Below, one piece after another: positions 35,849 through 44,931 of a stretch of 50,764 bases of DNA. The notes under the pieces are model-generated. The model did no database searches. It had not been told where the DNA came from and saw only the letters and a list, made by a program, of their open reading frames with translations. The position numbers and the translations under genes were made by a program. Position 1 is the stretch's first letter; each line of letters starts with the position of its first letter. This stretch comes from a virus (taxonomy: Duplodnaviria > Caudoviricetes): the IMG/VR virus record IMGVR_UViG_3300049982_000125, positions 1-50,764 of that record. One strand, written 5' to 3'.

Positions 35849-36277
35849 ATGCACGCGGAACGACTGTTGAAGCTTGCCGATCTGCTGGAGGCGGACGCGG
35901 CGCGGCCGGACGGGATCAAGTTCGATCTCGGGACGTGGGGAAGATGGCGCAACGGCGAGGCGCCGAGCCTGTCGTGCGGGACAACCGCTTGCGCAATGGG
36001 TCTTGCTGCGCTCAGCGGCTCCTTCGCGGAAGATGGGCTCACTTATGCGATTGAGTGGCTCCCGGATCGCACCATCGGCGGGTATGGCGGGATCAGCGTC
36101 AAGTTTGACGATCAATACAACTTGGACGCCGCGGCGCAGTTGTTCGGGATCACGGGCGAGGCTGCGGACTTCCTGTTCGTGCCAGATGCGTACGACGTAA
36201 CACCGGTCGGCGCCGAGGGCGAGTGCGTAGTCGCTCAGCGCATTCGCGATTTCGTCGCGGGCCGGGTGCAGCCATGA
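35849..36277 (+). CDS. Hypothetical protein
   Basis: CGTTACAMG motif, seen in phage early proteins. Confidence 0.7.
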   Translation: MHAERLLKLADLLEADAARPDGIKFDLGTWGRWRNGEAPSLSCGTTACAMGLAALSGSFAEDGLTYAIEWLPDRTIGGYGGISVKFDDQYNLDAAAQLFGITGEAADFLFVPDAYDVTPVGAEGECVVAQRIRDFVAGRVQP

Positions 36278-36360
36278 GCCACTTGTTCGACCTTTTCGGC
36301 ATCTCGGTTTTCGTCGGCGTGGCAATGTTCGTCGCCGTGGCGTTCGGGGTGCAGCCATGA
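36274..36360 (+). CDS. 28-aa hydrophobic peptide flanked by a 16-bp direct repeat
   Basis: MSHLFDLFGISVFVGVAMFVAVAFGVQP; ATGA overlaps on both sides. Confidence 0.5.
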   Translation: MSHLFDLFGISVFVGVAMFVAVAFGVQP

Positions 36361-36776
36361 GCAGATCCGGCTACAGCGACGACTGCGACGACCAATGGGA
36401 ATTCATCATGTGGCGCGGCGCCGTGAAGCGCGCGATGAGCGGAGCCCGCGGTCAGGCATTCTTGAAGGAAATGCTCGCTGCCCTCGATGCTCTGCCAGAA
36501 AAAAAACTGATCGCGCACGAATTAGAAGCGGATGGAGCGGTGTGCGCCATAGGTGCTGTAGGCAAATCCCGCGGCGTCGACATGGCGAGTGTGGACCCTG
36601 AGAACTCCGACAAAGTTGCGAGCACATTCGGCATCGCGCGGGCCATGGCCTGCGAGATCGCCTACATGAACGATGAAGGGACGGGCCGCGAGACGCCAGA
36701 GGCCCGATACGAGCGGATGCGCGAATGGATCAAGTCTGAGATCCGCGACGCCAGCACTCCCGAGGTCACCCCATGA
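36357..36776 (+). CDS. Conserved phage hypothetical protein
   Basis: MSRSGYSDD...RGQAFLKEMLAALDALPEKKLI...VCAIG...EIAYMNDE. Confidence 0.75.
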   Translation: MSRSGYSDDCDDQWEFIMWRGAVKRAMSGARGQAFLKEMLAALDALPEKKLIAHELEADGAVCAIGAVGKSRGVDMASVDPENSDKVASTFGIARAMACEIAYMNDEGTGRETPEARYERMREWIKSEIRDASTPEVTP

Positions 36777-36924
36777 AACCGCTCCGCCGCCGGACGCCGG
36801 CTGAACTGCGACGCCGGATCGAGAGCGCGCCGAACAAGCGCGCGGTCAACCGGGAACTGCACCGGGAGCGCGTGCTGGAGAAGTGCGCGATCCTGCGATG
36901 GAAACCACGGAAGGGGAAGGGGAA

Positions 36925-37188
36925 ATGCTGACCGAAGACGAAGCCAAGCAGAAATGGTGCCCGATGACGCGGGTGCTCGACTGGCAAACCGCAGGCGTAA
37001 TGATCGGTGAGAATCCTGCAATCGCGTCGGCCGCCGTGAACAGAGTGGAGGGCGGCTCGGGCATACCTGTTGATGCCTACTGCATCGGCTCCGATTGCAT
37101 GATGTGGCGCTGGCAGCAGCAGCAGGCGAACGAGCCGTTTCGCCCTGTCGGCTGGTGCGGCCTCGCGTCCAGGCCGGAGACTGTGTGA
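36925..37188 (+). CDS. Hypothetical Cys-containing protein
   Basis: EAKQKWCP...CIGSDCMMWRW...GWCGLA. Confidence 0.65.
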   Translation: MLTEDEAKQKWCPMTRVLDWQTAGVMIGENPAIASAAVNRVEGGSGIPVDAYCIGSDCMMWRWQQQQANEPFRPVGWCGLASRPETV

Positions 37189-38111
37189 TGCGCATCACCG
37201 AGCCCGGCATCTACGCCGACATTTCCGCGGCGGACTACTACGCGGACCCGGCGCCCATTCCGTCGCTGACGCAATCGATCGCGAAGGTGCTGATCGACCA
37301 ATCGCCGCTGCATGCTCGGGCCGCGCATCCCCGGTTTGTCGAGGCCGAACAAGCCGACGACGAAGCCGAGAAATACGTGAAGGCGCAGGCGATCGGCACT
37401 GCGGCACACCGGCTGATGATCGAGCGGGGCATGGAGATCTCCGCCGCGCCGTTCGATTCCTGGCGTAGCGACAAGGCGAAAGCGTTCCGCGCCGACGCCG
37501 AGGCTGCCGGCAAGTTCGCGATCTTGGCGAAGCACTTAGTGACCGCCGACGAGATGGTCACCGAAGCCCTCGTTCAGATCACGACGCACGAGGCGCACGA
37601 CGCATTCAGCAACGGCCGCGGCGAAGTGATGATCGCGTGGGAGGAAGACGGCATCTGGTTCCGGTCGCTGGTCGATTGGCTGCACCATGACCTTACCAAG
37701 GTCGACGACTACAAGACCGGCGCGCTGTCCGCGGCGCCGCACGACGTGGCGGGCCGGATGGTCGCGGCCGGCTGGGACATCCAAGCGGCGATGATCGAGC
37801 GGGGGCTGAATGTGCTTGACCCGCGGGGTGCCGGCCGGCGGAAATTCCGCTTTTGCGTTCAGGAGAACTACCGGCCGTACGCGCTCTCCATCTGCGAGCT
37901 GCCAGAGTCCACCATGACGATGGGGCGGAAAAAGCTGCAGATGGCCGTCGACGCCTGGCGCCACTGCATCACGAACGACCGGTGGCCGGCGTATCCGACT
38001 GAACTGCTGCGGCCCGAGTACCCGGGTTGGGCGGAGGCCAAGTGGCTCGACCGCGAGATCACCGAGGCCGCGCGCGACCGGTTCCCGGCGGACATGCTGA
38101 TGGCTGGGTGA
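37188..38111 (+). CDS. RecE-like PD-(D/E)XK exonuclease
   Basis: PGIYADISAADYYAD, SLTQS, GTAAH, RSLVDW...DDYKT, DIQAA, WPAY. Confidence 0.85.
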   Translation: MRITEPGIYADISAADYYADPAPIPSLTQSIAKVLIDQSPLHARAAHPRFVEAEQADDEAEKYVKAQAIGTAAHRLMIERGMEISAAPFDSWRSDKAKAFRADAEAAGKFAILAKHLVTADEMVTEALVQITTHEAHDAFSNGRGEVMIAWEEDGIWFRSLVDWLHHDLTKVDDYKTGALSAAPHDVAGRMVAAGWDIQAAMIERGLNVLDPRGAGRRKFRFCVQENYRPYALSICELPESTMTMGRKKLQMAVDAWRHCITNDRWPAYPTELLRPEYPGWAEAKWLDREITEAARDRFPADMLMAG

Positions 38112-38149
38112 GGCCCGAAGACTTCTACAGAGAAAATGGGAATGAACTA

Positions 38150-38896
38150 ATGAAAGTCGAACAGAATATTCTGGAAATCCTGGAGCGCAGCAAGCTCGAC
38201 GGATCCTCACTCACGTTGCCGCCCGGGCATCTCGATCGCAAGGTCTATGAGGCCGTCAACAAGGTCATCGAGGCGGCCGGCGGCAAGTGGAACAGGAAGA
38301 CGCGGGCGCATGTATTCGACGGCGATGCGGTCGACACGATCGAACCGATTATCCTGACCGGAGAGTATACGCGCGCGAAGCAGGATTTCGGGCAGTTCGA
38401 TAGTCCGGTCAGCGTCGTTCGGCGGCTGATCAGCCTGGCTGACATTCAGACCGGCATGATGGTCCTGGAACCCAATGCGGGTGTCGGGAACATCGTTCTC
38501 GGTGCCGAGGAAGCTGGTGGCCGGATCGCAGGGATTGAGGTGGATGCGAAGCGGCTACACACAGCCAAGGATCGGTGCACCCTGGAGCACGGCATCAAGC
38601 TGTGCGATTTCCTCCAGTGCGAGCCCGAGCCAATCTTCGACCGGGTGGTAATGAACCCTCCCTTCGCGAAACAGGCTGACATCGCCCACGTCACCCACGC
38701 CGCGAAGTTTCTTAAGCCCGGCGGCCGGCTGGTCTCGGTCATGTCCGCCAGCGTGACCTTCCGCACCGACGCCAAGACCGAGGCGTTCCGCGACTTCATC
38801 AATGCCCGCAACGGCCAGCACGAGAGTTTGCCGGCCGGCGCGTTCAGGGAGTCGGGCACACTGGTCAACGCCGTGATCGTCAGCTTCGGCGCGTAA
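38150..38896 (+). CDS. N6-adenine DNA methyltransferase-like protein
   Basis: VLEPNAGVGNI, DRVVMNPPF, LKPGGRLV, FRESGT. Confidence 0.85.
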   Translation: MKVEQNILEILERSKLDGSSLTLPPGHLDRKVYEAVNKVIEAAGGKWNRKTRAHVFDGDAVDTIEPIILTGEYTRAKQDFGQFDSPVSVVRRLISLADIQTGMMVLEPNAGVGNIVLGAEEAGGRIAGIEVDAKRLHTAKDRCTLEHGIKLCDFLQCEPEPIFDRVVMNPPFAKQADIAHVTHAAKFLKPGGRLVSVMSASVTFRTDAKTEAFRDFINARNGQHESLPAGAFRESGTLVNAVIVSFGA

Positions 38897-38921
38897 CGAG
38901 CGCTCGACAGGAGTAACGACT

Positions 38922-40034
38922 ATGAACGCCCCCGTCCGTAAATTCGAAGTCCGTCCGGCCAAACGCGAACACGTCCCGCTGTTCGTCGGGCTCATGGGGC
39001 CTCCGGGCGCCGGCAAGACGTATTCAGCCCTGACGTTGGCGGAAGGCATGCGAGCGGTCGGCGGCGGGGACCCGGTGCTGATCGACACGGAGGGCGGCCG
39101 GTCGAAGAAATACGCCGACATGTTCCGGTTTAATCGGATCGACTTCGGCGCGCCGTTTCGACCGACCGACTTCCTTGCGGCTGTTCGCGCTGCGGATGCG
39201 ACCGGCCCGTGCGCGATCATCCTGGATTCCGCCAGCGATGAACACGAAGGGGAAGGCGGAGTGCTCGACTGGCACGACGCGGAACTGGAGCGCATGGCCG
39301 GCAACGACTGGGGCAAGCGGGAGCGCGTCGGTCAAGCCGCATGGATCAAGCCGAAGGGCGACCGCCGTACAATGATCAGCGGGCTACTGCAGATCAAAAC
39401 TCCGCTGATTTTCTGCTTCCGGGCGCGCGAGAAGGTGAAGCAGATCCGCAACGAGCGCGGCAAGATGGAGCCGACGAACATCGGTTACCAGCCGATCGCG
39501 CCGTCCGAGATCGTGTCCGCGATGGACGTCAATTGCGTTCTGCCGCCGAAGTCGGACGGCGTTCCGGTCTGGAAGAGCGACAAGATGGGCGAGGACTTCA
39601 TCATCAAGTTGCCCGCGTTCTTCAAGTCGATGTTCACCGAGGGAAAGCCCATCACCCGAGAAACCGGTCGCGCGCTTGCCGAATGGGCGCGCGGCGGGTC
39701 CAGCAGTTCGCCGCAGCAGTCGCCGTCCCCCCAGCCCGCAGCGGCGGACCGGCCGGCGTCGTCGTCCTCTCCGCCCGGGGATGACGGCGCCGGCTCCGGG
39801 GACGACGGGATGGCGTTCATGTCCTCCGACTGGTCCGACTACTGCGAGTGGTGGCTGATCAGGCGCGAGGACATCACAACTGCCGACCAACTGCGAAAGC
39901 TCTGGAGCAGCCCGCACCAGAAGGCATGGCGTCGCCACATCGGCCCGACGAAGGACGAACTCGACGAGATGCTCGCCAAGGTCAAGGGCTGGATCGACGA
40001 ACTGGAAGCGGAAGCGGAGGCGCTGGCGTCATGA
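38922..40034 (+). CDS. Sak4-like AAA ATPase/recombinase
   Basis: GPPGAGKT, LIDTEG, IILDSAS; follows the exonuclease. Confidence 0.8.
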   Translation: MNAPVRKFEVRPAKREHVPLFVGLMGPPGAGKTYSALTLAEGMRAVGGGDPVLIDTEGGRSKKYADMFRFNRIDFGAPFRPTDFLAAVRAADATGPCAIILDSASDEHEGEGGVLDWHDAELERMAGNDWGKRERVGQAAWIKPKGDRRTMISGLLQIKTPLIFCFRAREKVKQIRNERGKMEPTNIGYQPIAPSEIVSAMDVNCVLPPKSDGVPVWKSDKMGEDFIIKLPAFFKSMFTEGKPITRETGRALAEWARGGSSSSPQQSPSPQPAAADRPASSSSPPGDDGAGSGDDGMAFMSSDWSDYCEWWLIRREDITTADQLRKLWSSPHQKAWRRHIGPTKDELDEMLAKVKGWIDELEAEAEALAS

Positions 40035-40384
40035 CATTCGACCCAACGAAGCCGCCGTTTCGGACCCGCAATGGGCGCCCGGCGCGGATCATTTGCACTG
40101 ACCGCCGAGGCGAGGACGATCCAATCCTAGCCTTGGTGGACAACGGCAATGGAGGCGAGGAACTGAACAGCTACAAATCGAACGGGCGGTACCTGTTCGG
40201 CCGCGAGACCGAGCACGACCTCGTCAACGTGCCGCAGAAGCGCAAGCGATGGCTGAACATCTACCGGGGTAACTATTCGGGCGAGTTGTGCCCTACGCGC
40301 GACGAGGCAGACGCCAACGCCGTCATCGGCGCGCGCATCGCCTGCATCGAGATCGAGTTCGAGGAAGGCGAGGGCCTGTCATGA
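40031..40384 (+). CDS. Hypothetical protein
   Basis: RTRNGRPARIICTD motif; ATGA coupling. Confidence 0.7.
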   Translation: MTFDPTKPPFRTRNGRPARIICTDRRGEDDPILALVDNGNGGEELNSYKSNGRYLFGRETEHDLVNVPQKRKRWLNIYRGNYSGELCPTRDEADANAVIGARIACIEIEFEEGEGLS

Positions 40385-40677
40385 GCAAAGCCGAAGACAT
40401 TGCCCGCGCGAGGCTGGCGAATAATGGACGCAACCCGGCCAACAATAACGCCGGCATTCGCACCGGCGGTGACCTGCACCTTTGCGAGATGCTGCTCGCA
40501 GAGATGGACAAGATGCGCGCAGCGCTGCGCGAGATGAACGAAGCCCTGATCGAGGCGCAATCCGCCCTTGCGGAGATCCGAGACGCGCGAATGCCGGGGC
40601 AAGCGCGAGCAATCGCCGTTCGTGTCCTCGGCCTGAAGCGGATCGAGAAGGCGCTGGCCGCGGGAGTGGATGCGTGA
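40381..40677 (+). CDS. Hypothetical protein
   Basis: ATGA coupling; coiled-coil-like. Confidence 0.55.
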   Translation: MSKAEDIARARLANNGRNPANNNAGIRTGGDLHLCEMLLAEMDKMRAALREMNEALIEAQSALAEIRDARMPGQARAIAVRVLGLKRIEKALAAGVDA

Positions 40678-40952
40678 TGGCGCAACAGACCGCCACGCCT
40701 GCGGACCCCCGACCCCGATCTCGGCACGACCTAAGCATGCCGTTTTCGCCGCGCGGGCTGTCTCGCGAGGAGGCGGCCTACTACGTCGGCGTATCCGCCT
40801 CCATGTTCGATCTGATGGTCAAGGACGGCCGGATGCCGCAGCCGAAGGAAATTAACGCGCGGCGGGTGTGGGATAGGCGGAGACTTGACGAAGCCTTCGA
40901 TGCGCTGCCTGATCGAGCGGCCGCCAACCCGTGGGACGGGGAAGCGGCCTGA
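40677..40952 (+). CDS. xis: Excisionase (AlpA-like HTH)
   Basis: RGLSREEAAYYVGVS...MVKDGRMPQP...VWDRRRLDEAFDAL; directly upstream of the integrase. Confidence 0.8.
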   Translation: MAQQTATPADPRPRSRHDLSMPFSPRGLSREEAAYYVGVSASMFDLMVKDGRMPQPKEINARRVWDRRRLDEAFDALPDRAAANPWDGEAA

Positions 40953-42004
40953 TGGGCGCCACCGTCATGGATATTAACCTGCCCTACCTAGTCGAGGACC
41001 GGGACCGACACGGCAACGTGCGGCTCTACGTGCGCCTGCCCGGGCGCAAGAAAGTTCGCATCCGCGAGCGGCCGGGGACGCAGGAGTTCCTGAAGGCCTA
41101 CGAGGCGGCGGCCGGCGCCGTGGCTCCCGTGTCGATCAAGACGGCCGGGCTCAAGCCGGGATCGTTCCGGCTTCTCTGCGCGCTCTACTATGACAGCATC
41201 GCCTTCAGGGCGCTCGACATCAGCACACAGTCCTGGGAGCGGCGGGCGCTGGATTCGATATGCCATCAGCACGGCGACAAGCCGGCCGCGATGATGGAGA
41301 GCAAGCACGTCCGCAAGATCCGGGAGGAGAAGCGCGCCACGCCGGCCGCAGCTAACCACCGGCTAAAGGCGCTGCGGGCGCTGTTCTCCTGGGCGGTGGA
41401 AGAGCAGGAAGGCTGGATCGAGCGCGACCCGACCTTGGGCGTCAAGGCCGTCAAGTACGTCGTGAAGGGCCACCACACTTGGACCCAAGACGAGATCAAC
41501 CAGTTTCAGGATCGCTACCCGCTCGGCACGAAGGCCAGGCTGGCGCTCGACATCCTGCGGTTCACGTCATGCCGGCGTGAGGACGTTGTGAGGATCGGCC
41601 GGCAGCACATCCGCAATAACCGCATCCAATTCCGGCAAGGGAAGAACGAGCACCGGAGCCCGGTCGACATCGACATTCCGCTGCACCCCGAACTGGCCGC
41701 AAGCATTGAGGCGGCGGCCGGGGACCTGACCCTGCTCGTCACCGAGTTCGGCCGCCCGTTCACGACGAACGGATTCGGGAACAAGTTCAAGGACTGGTGC
41801 CGCCAAGCCGGCCTGCCTCACTGCTCCGCCCATGGCGTCCGCAAGGCGACCGCTTCGGACCTTGCGGAGAACGAGGCGACCCCGCACGAGATCATGGCCA
41901 TCACCGGCCATCAGACCCTGGAGGAAGTCGAGCGCTACACCCGCGCGGCGAGGCGGAAGAAGATGGCGGACACGGCCATGCTGAAGCTCAAAGGGAGAAC
42001 GTAA
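40952..42004 (+). CDS. int: Tyrosine integrase
   Basis: DRDRHGNVRLY N-terminus; catalytic R (CRREDV), HGVR, TGH, Y (ERYT). Confidence 0.93.
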   Translation: MGATVMDINLPYLVEDRDRHGNVRLYVRLPGRKKVRIRERPGTQEFLKAYEAAAGAVAPVSIKTAGLKPGSFRLLCALYYDSIAFRALDISTQSWERRALDSICHQHGDKPAAMMESKHVRKIREEKRATPAAANHRLKALRALFSWAVEEQEGWIERDPTLGVKAVKYVVKGHHTWTQDEINQFQDRYPLGTKARLALDILRFTSCRREDVVRIGRQHIRNNRIQFRQGKNEHRSPVDIDIPLHPELAASIEAAAGDLTLLVTEFGRPFTTNGFGNKFKDWCRQAGLPHCSAHGVRKATASDLAENEATPHEIMAITGHQTLEEVERYTRAARRKKMADTAMLKLKGRT

Positions 42005-42190
42005 GTGTCCCACTTTTCCGTGGGTGGGTCCCACTTTGCCTCTAACATGCTGAAATCGTTGATGCGGGATAGGTGGGTGGCGCTCCCTAGGGGACTTCAC
42101 CCAGCAAGCAATATCAACGGCTTAGCTAGTCCCACCGTGGGTACTTCTCCCACGGAATCATTACGCTTTTTCGCGCGAGTGTCCCACCGC
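42005..42190. other. attP: core matching a tRNA-Glu 3' end, arm-type repeats and IHF site
   Basis: Core TGGCGCTCCCTAGGGGACT (42078-42096) is the reverse complement of AGTCCCCTAGGGAGCGCCA (ends in CCA). (G)TCCCAC repeats lie on both sides. IHF consensus TATCAACGGCTTA at 42112-42124. Confidence 0.8.
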
Positions 42191-42282
42191 TTGCGCCTGA
42201 TTTGCCGCCGCGCTGCAAACCGCGGCGGGGTCGATTTCGCGCGCACGCCGGGACGCAGAGCGTCAGTCAGGGGACAGGAACG

Positions 42283-42519
42283 ATGAAGCGAATGTATTCC
42301 CGGTTCTTTGGTGGCGGCGATTGGCTGCTGATCGTCGGCACTGACCTAAGTAATTCGGATTGGGGCTTCACGCTCTGCTGGGGTCCCAAGGAGCCCGATG
42401 GGATCACCGAGCCGTGGCGGCACGTCGTGCGCGTTAACGTGCGCTGGCCGATCACCATCAACCATCGTCGCCCGGTGTCTGTGCCGCCTCCCCGACCAGC
42501 ACAGCACCATGCACCGTGA
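42283..42519 (+). CDS. Hypothetical protein
   Basis: ATG 42283 with SD AGGA; GTGA overlap with the next gene. Confidence 0.5.
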   Translation: MKRMYSRFFGGGDWLLIVGTDLSNSDWGFTLCWGPKEPDGITEPWRHVVRVNVRWPITINHRRPVSVPPPRPAQHHAP

Positions 42520-42938
42520 ACGCCCTCGATCCCACGAAGGCCCGCCGCCTCTACTCCCTGTTCTGTTACAGGCACGGGGTGCGCGAGGCGGCTCGGCTAG
42601 CGGGCGTCAACCGCGGCACGGCGGCGGCGTATCGGCGGAAGTGGCTGGAGTACCGACCGACGCTCCAGCGGGCCTACGACGCGCTGTGGGAGGGCGACGG
42701 GGAGGAATGCGACCGGATCAATGCCGCGCTGCCAGAACCTGTTGTGGCAGCGATGCTGGACGCGTGGCTGGACGACCAAATGAGCGATATCGGTATTCCG
42801 AGATCGGGGTTCTACGATGGGTATGAAGACATTCCACACCCGGCGCCACCGCCGGCAGCAGAACATGAAGCTGAAAAGCAAAGGCAAATTCCAGATCCGG
42901 CACAACAATCCGGCGGGCCGGACGGGGAGCGTCCATGA
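42516..42938 (+). CDS. Hypothetical protein with N-terminal HTH
   Basis: GVREAARLAGVNRGTAAAY. Confidence 0.55.
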   Translation: MNALDPTKARRLYSLFCYRHGVREAARLAGVNRGTAAAYRRKWLEYRPTLQRAYDALWEGDGEECDRINAALPEPVVAAMLDAWLDDQMSDIGIPRSGFYDGYEDIPHPAPPPAAEHEAEKQRQIPDPAQQSGGPDGERP

Positions 42939-43105
42939 GAAGCGCACCCCGTCAAGCCAGCCCCATAGCGAAGTCGTCCATTAGGACGCAAATGCTGCGG
43001 TCGAGAGGAGTGCCACTCCCGCGCCAGATCAATGGCTTAGCGCAAGGTGCGGGCGTTGGGGTCGCATTGAACGGAAAGCGGAAATTTCAGCGCCGCCCGC
43101 ACCTA
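42890..43105. other. Degenerate second att-like site (tRNA-Leu-like core + IHF-like site)
   Basis: TGCTGCGGTCGAGAGGAGT (42993-43011); ATCAATGGCTTAG begins 35 bp after the core start, as in the first attP. Confidence 0.55.
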
Positions 43106-43130
43106 CGGCGCGTCAGAGAGAGGAACGGAA

Positions 43131-43424
43131 ATGAAGACGCCGGAAGACGTGGCCTCCGAGATCGTCGGGCAGTTCTCGTGGCACTCCAACGTGGTGGAGG
43201 GAGGCTGCCTAGTCGGGCAGCAGGTTCCCGTCAGTCGCGCAATTGCCGAGGCCGTGAGGCAAGAGCGCGCAAGAGCCGAGATCGCTCGCCAGGCCCTGGC
43301 GGACGCCGCCACCGCCCTCATTCGCCTGTCTGCCGGTCGCGTGAAGCCGAAGGGCCGAACCGTGAAGGAAGCCATGGCTAAGGCTGAGTGGGCGCTTGGC
43401 GCATCGAGGCCGGGTGGCCAGTGA
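43131..43424 (+). CDS. Hypothetical protein
   Basis: 97 aa, SD GAGGA. Confidence 0.6.
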   Translation: MKTPEDVASEIVGQFSWHSNVVEGGCLVGQQVPVSRAIAEAVRQERARAEIARQALADAATALIRLSAGRVKPKGRTVKEAMAKAEWALGASRPGGQ

Positions 43425-43431
43425 GGAGAGG

Positions 43432-43854
43432 ATGATGACGGACCCGAAGTACATGCGGCCCGGCTTGGATTTTGCCGTAGGCAAGGCGATCGAGGAGGCC
43501 GGTGAGTTTCTGGCTGCCATGGGCAAGACCTTGCGGTGGGGATGGCAGAGCTACAACCCCGAACTGCCGCCGGCCGAGCGTGAGACCAACGCCGCTTGGG
43601 TCCGACGCGAAATGGTGGATCTGCGCGAAGCGCTCAACAATCTGGAGCGAGAGATGCGCATTTTGGATCAGCCGGGCGCGAGCAAATCGCCGTCTGATTT
43701 TGGGGGCATCGGCGGAGCCGTGAACGCCGAGCGAGAGATCATCGCCAACAAGGCGCGCGAGTGGGCCGCACATTATCAGCAGGGATCTGACGGACGGAAC
43801 ACGTTCATACTCATGGCGGAGTGGATCGAATCTCGCATCACCCCCGCCGCTTAA
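43432..43854 (+). CDS. MazG-like (all-alpha NTP pyrophosphatase) protein
   Basis: AIEEAGEFLAAMGK...RREMVDL fits the EExxE...ExxD pattern. Confidence 0.5.
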   Translation: MMTDPKYMRPGLDFAVGKAIEEAGEFLAAMGKTLRWGWQSYNPELPPAERETNAAWVRREMVDLREALNNLEREMRILDQPGASKSPSDFGGIGGAVNAEREIIANKAREWAAHYQQGSDGRNTFILMAEWIESRITPAA

Positions 43855-44029
43855 CGACCCGGGTCCGGTGGCGGAGCATGATCACGCGGCGGTCGCGCTG
43901 GCAGGCCTCAGCGTACAGGCTCTGCGCCAAGACGAGCGTGGCGGTACGGCCGAGCACTTCTTCAAGCTCGGCTTCGTCGGCGGTCCAGGCCTCGACGCTG
44001 AATGGGAGATCTTCGGGGATCAGGGGCAT
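43838..44029 (-). CDS. Hypothetical small protein
   Basis: DLPFSVEAWTADEAELEEVLG...IMLRHRTRVV; isolated antisense gene. Confidence 0.55.
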   Translation of the reverse strand: MPLIPEDLPFSVEAWTADEAELEEVLGRTATLVLAQSLYAEACQRDRRVIMLRHRTRVVKRRG

Positions 44030-44077
44030 GCGGCTGGTGTATGATGCAGGCGCGGTGAAGGCAACGGAGGCGGCGTG

Positions 44078-44245
44078 ATGGCGAGGCGTTTGGTGAACAT
44101 CATGGACGAGCCCAGGACGGAATTTGACCCCATCCAGCAGGTCCGCTTCCGCGGCAAAGCGCTGCCGGACCTTTCTCGCGAGGAAATGCTGGAGGCGCTG
44201 GTTCAGTCCCTGCGGGAAGTCTATACGCTGAAAACGCGAGGATAG
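44078..44245 (+). CDS. Hypothetical protein
   Basis: 55-aa ORF with SD GGAGG, read by hand. Confidence 0.45.
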   Translation: MARRLVNIMDEPRTEFDPIQQVRFRGKALPDLSREEMLEALVQSLREVYTLKTRG

Positions 44246-44255
44246 GGGCCGAGCC

Positions 44256-44498
44256 ATGAGTGACCCGATCCTGATCCCCCGGCCGACCGTCTACGGCGAC
44301 CCGCTGCCCATTGGCGGGCTCCGGCCGACCCCCGACACGACGTACCTCCTGTGGTGCCCCGAGCAGGGCGGCTGGCAGACCGGCGAGTGGTGGCCGGTCG
44401 AGGGCGAAGAGGGCTGGGTCTCCACGGCCGGCGAAGGGCCGCCCGGGTTGGACCCGGTCGCGTATCTGCCGGCTCCGCCGGATGCGGTGGATGCGTGA
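44256..44498 (+). CDS. Hypothetical protein
   Basis: 80 aa; LLWCPEQGGWQTGEW. Confidence 0.6.
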   Translation: MSDPILIPRPTVYGDPLPIGGLRPTPDTTYLLWCPEQGGWQTGEWWPVEGEEGWVSTAGEGPPGLDPVAYLPAPPDAVDA

Positions 44499-44520
44499 CG
44501 TGAGCCAAGCAGCAGGAGGG

Positions 44521-44931
44521 ATGACCATGCAGATTCTTACCGCCACCGAAGTGAAAGCCGCCGCGCGCGATTACCATGCACGCGGGCTTCTGACCGCACA
44601 GCATTCGGACCCACTGAAGCGCCTTTGCGCCAGCGTGGTGGATGGCAAGTACCGATGCGCGGTGGCTGCGGCATATTCCGAAAAGACGATGGCGAAGCTG
44701 AATCCCGATGCAGGCATCTACGACATGGTCAGGGACAGGCTCATCCGGATGTCTGATCAAGACGATCCTGTGATTAGGCGGATCCAGTGGGTGTACTCCA
44801 CGTGGTGTATCGAATCCCGCGACCATGGCGCGGGCCACCGCACCGCGGACAACGTTCGCCGGACCGAACAGGCGTTCCTCGCCACCATCGCGGAGGCCGC
44901 CCCTACTCCCGCACCGCGGCCCGCCGCTTAA
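44521..44931 (+). CDS. Hypothetical protein
   Basis: SD GGAGGG; YRCAVAAA motif. Confidence 0.55.
   Translation: MTMQILTATEVKAAARDYHARGLLTAQHSDPLKRLCASVVDGKYRCAVAAAYSEKTMAKLNPDAGIYDMVRDRLIRMSDQDDPVIRRIQWVYSTWCIESRDHGAGHRTADNVRRTEQAFLATIAEAAPTPAPRPAA

Noticed and set aside
34384-36362. CRISPR array or integron attC-like cassette array
   Set aside because: Each repeat occurs only twice, with gene-sized spacing; no cas genes or attC structure seen
42078-42096. tRNA gene
   Set aside because: Only the 3' ~19 nt are present; interpreted as the att core, not a full cloverleaf
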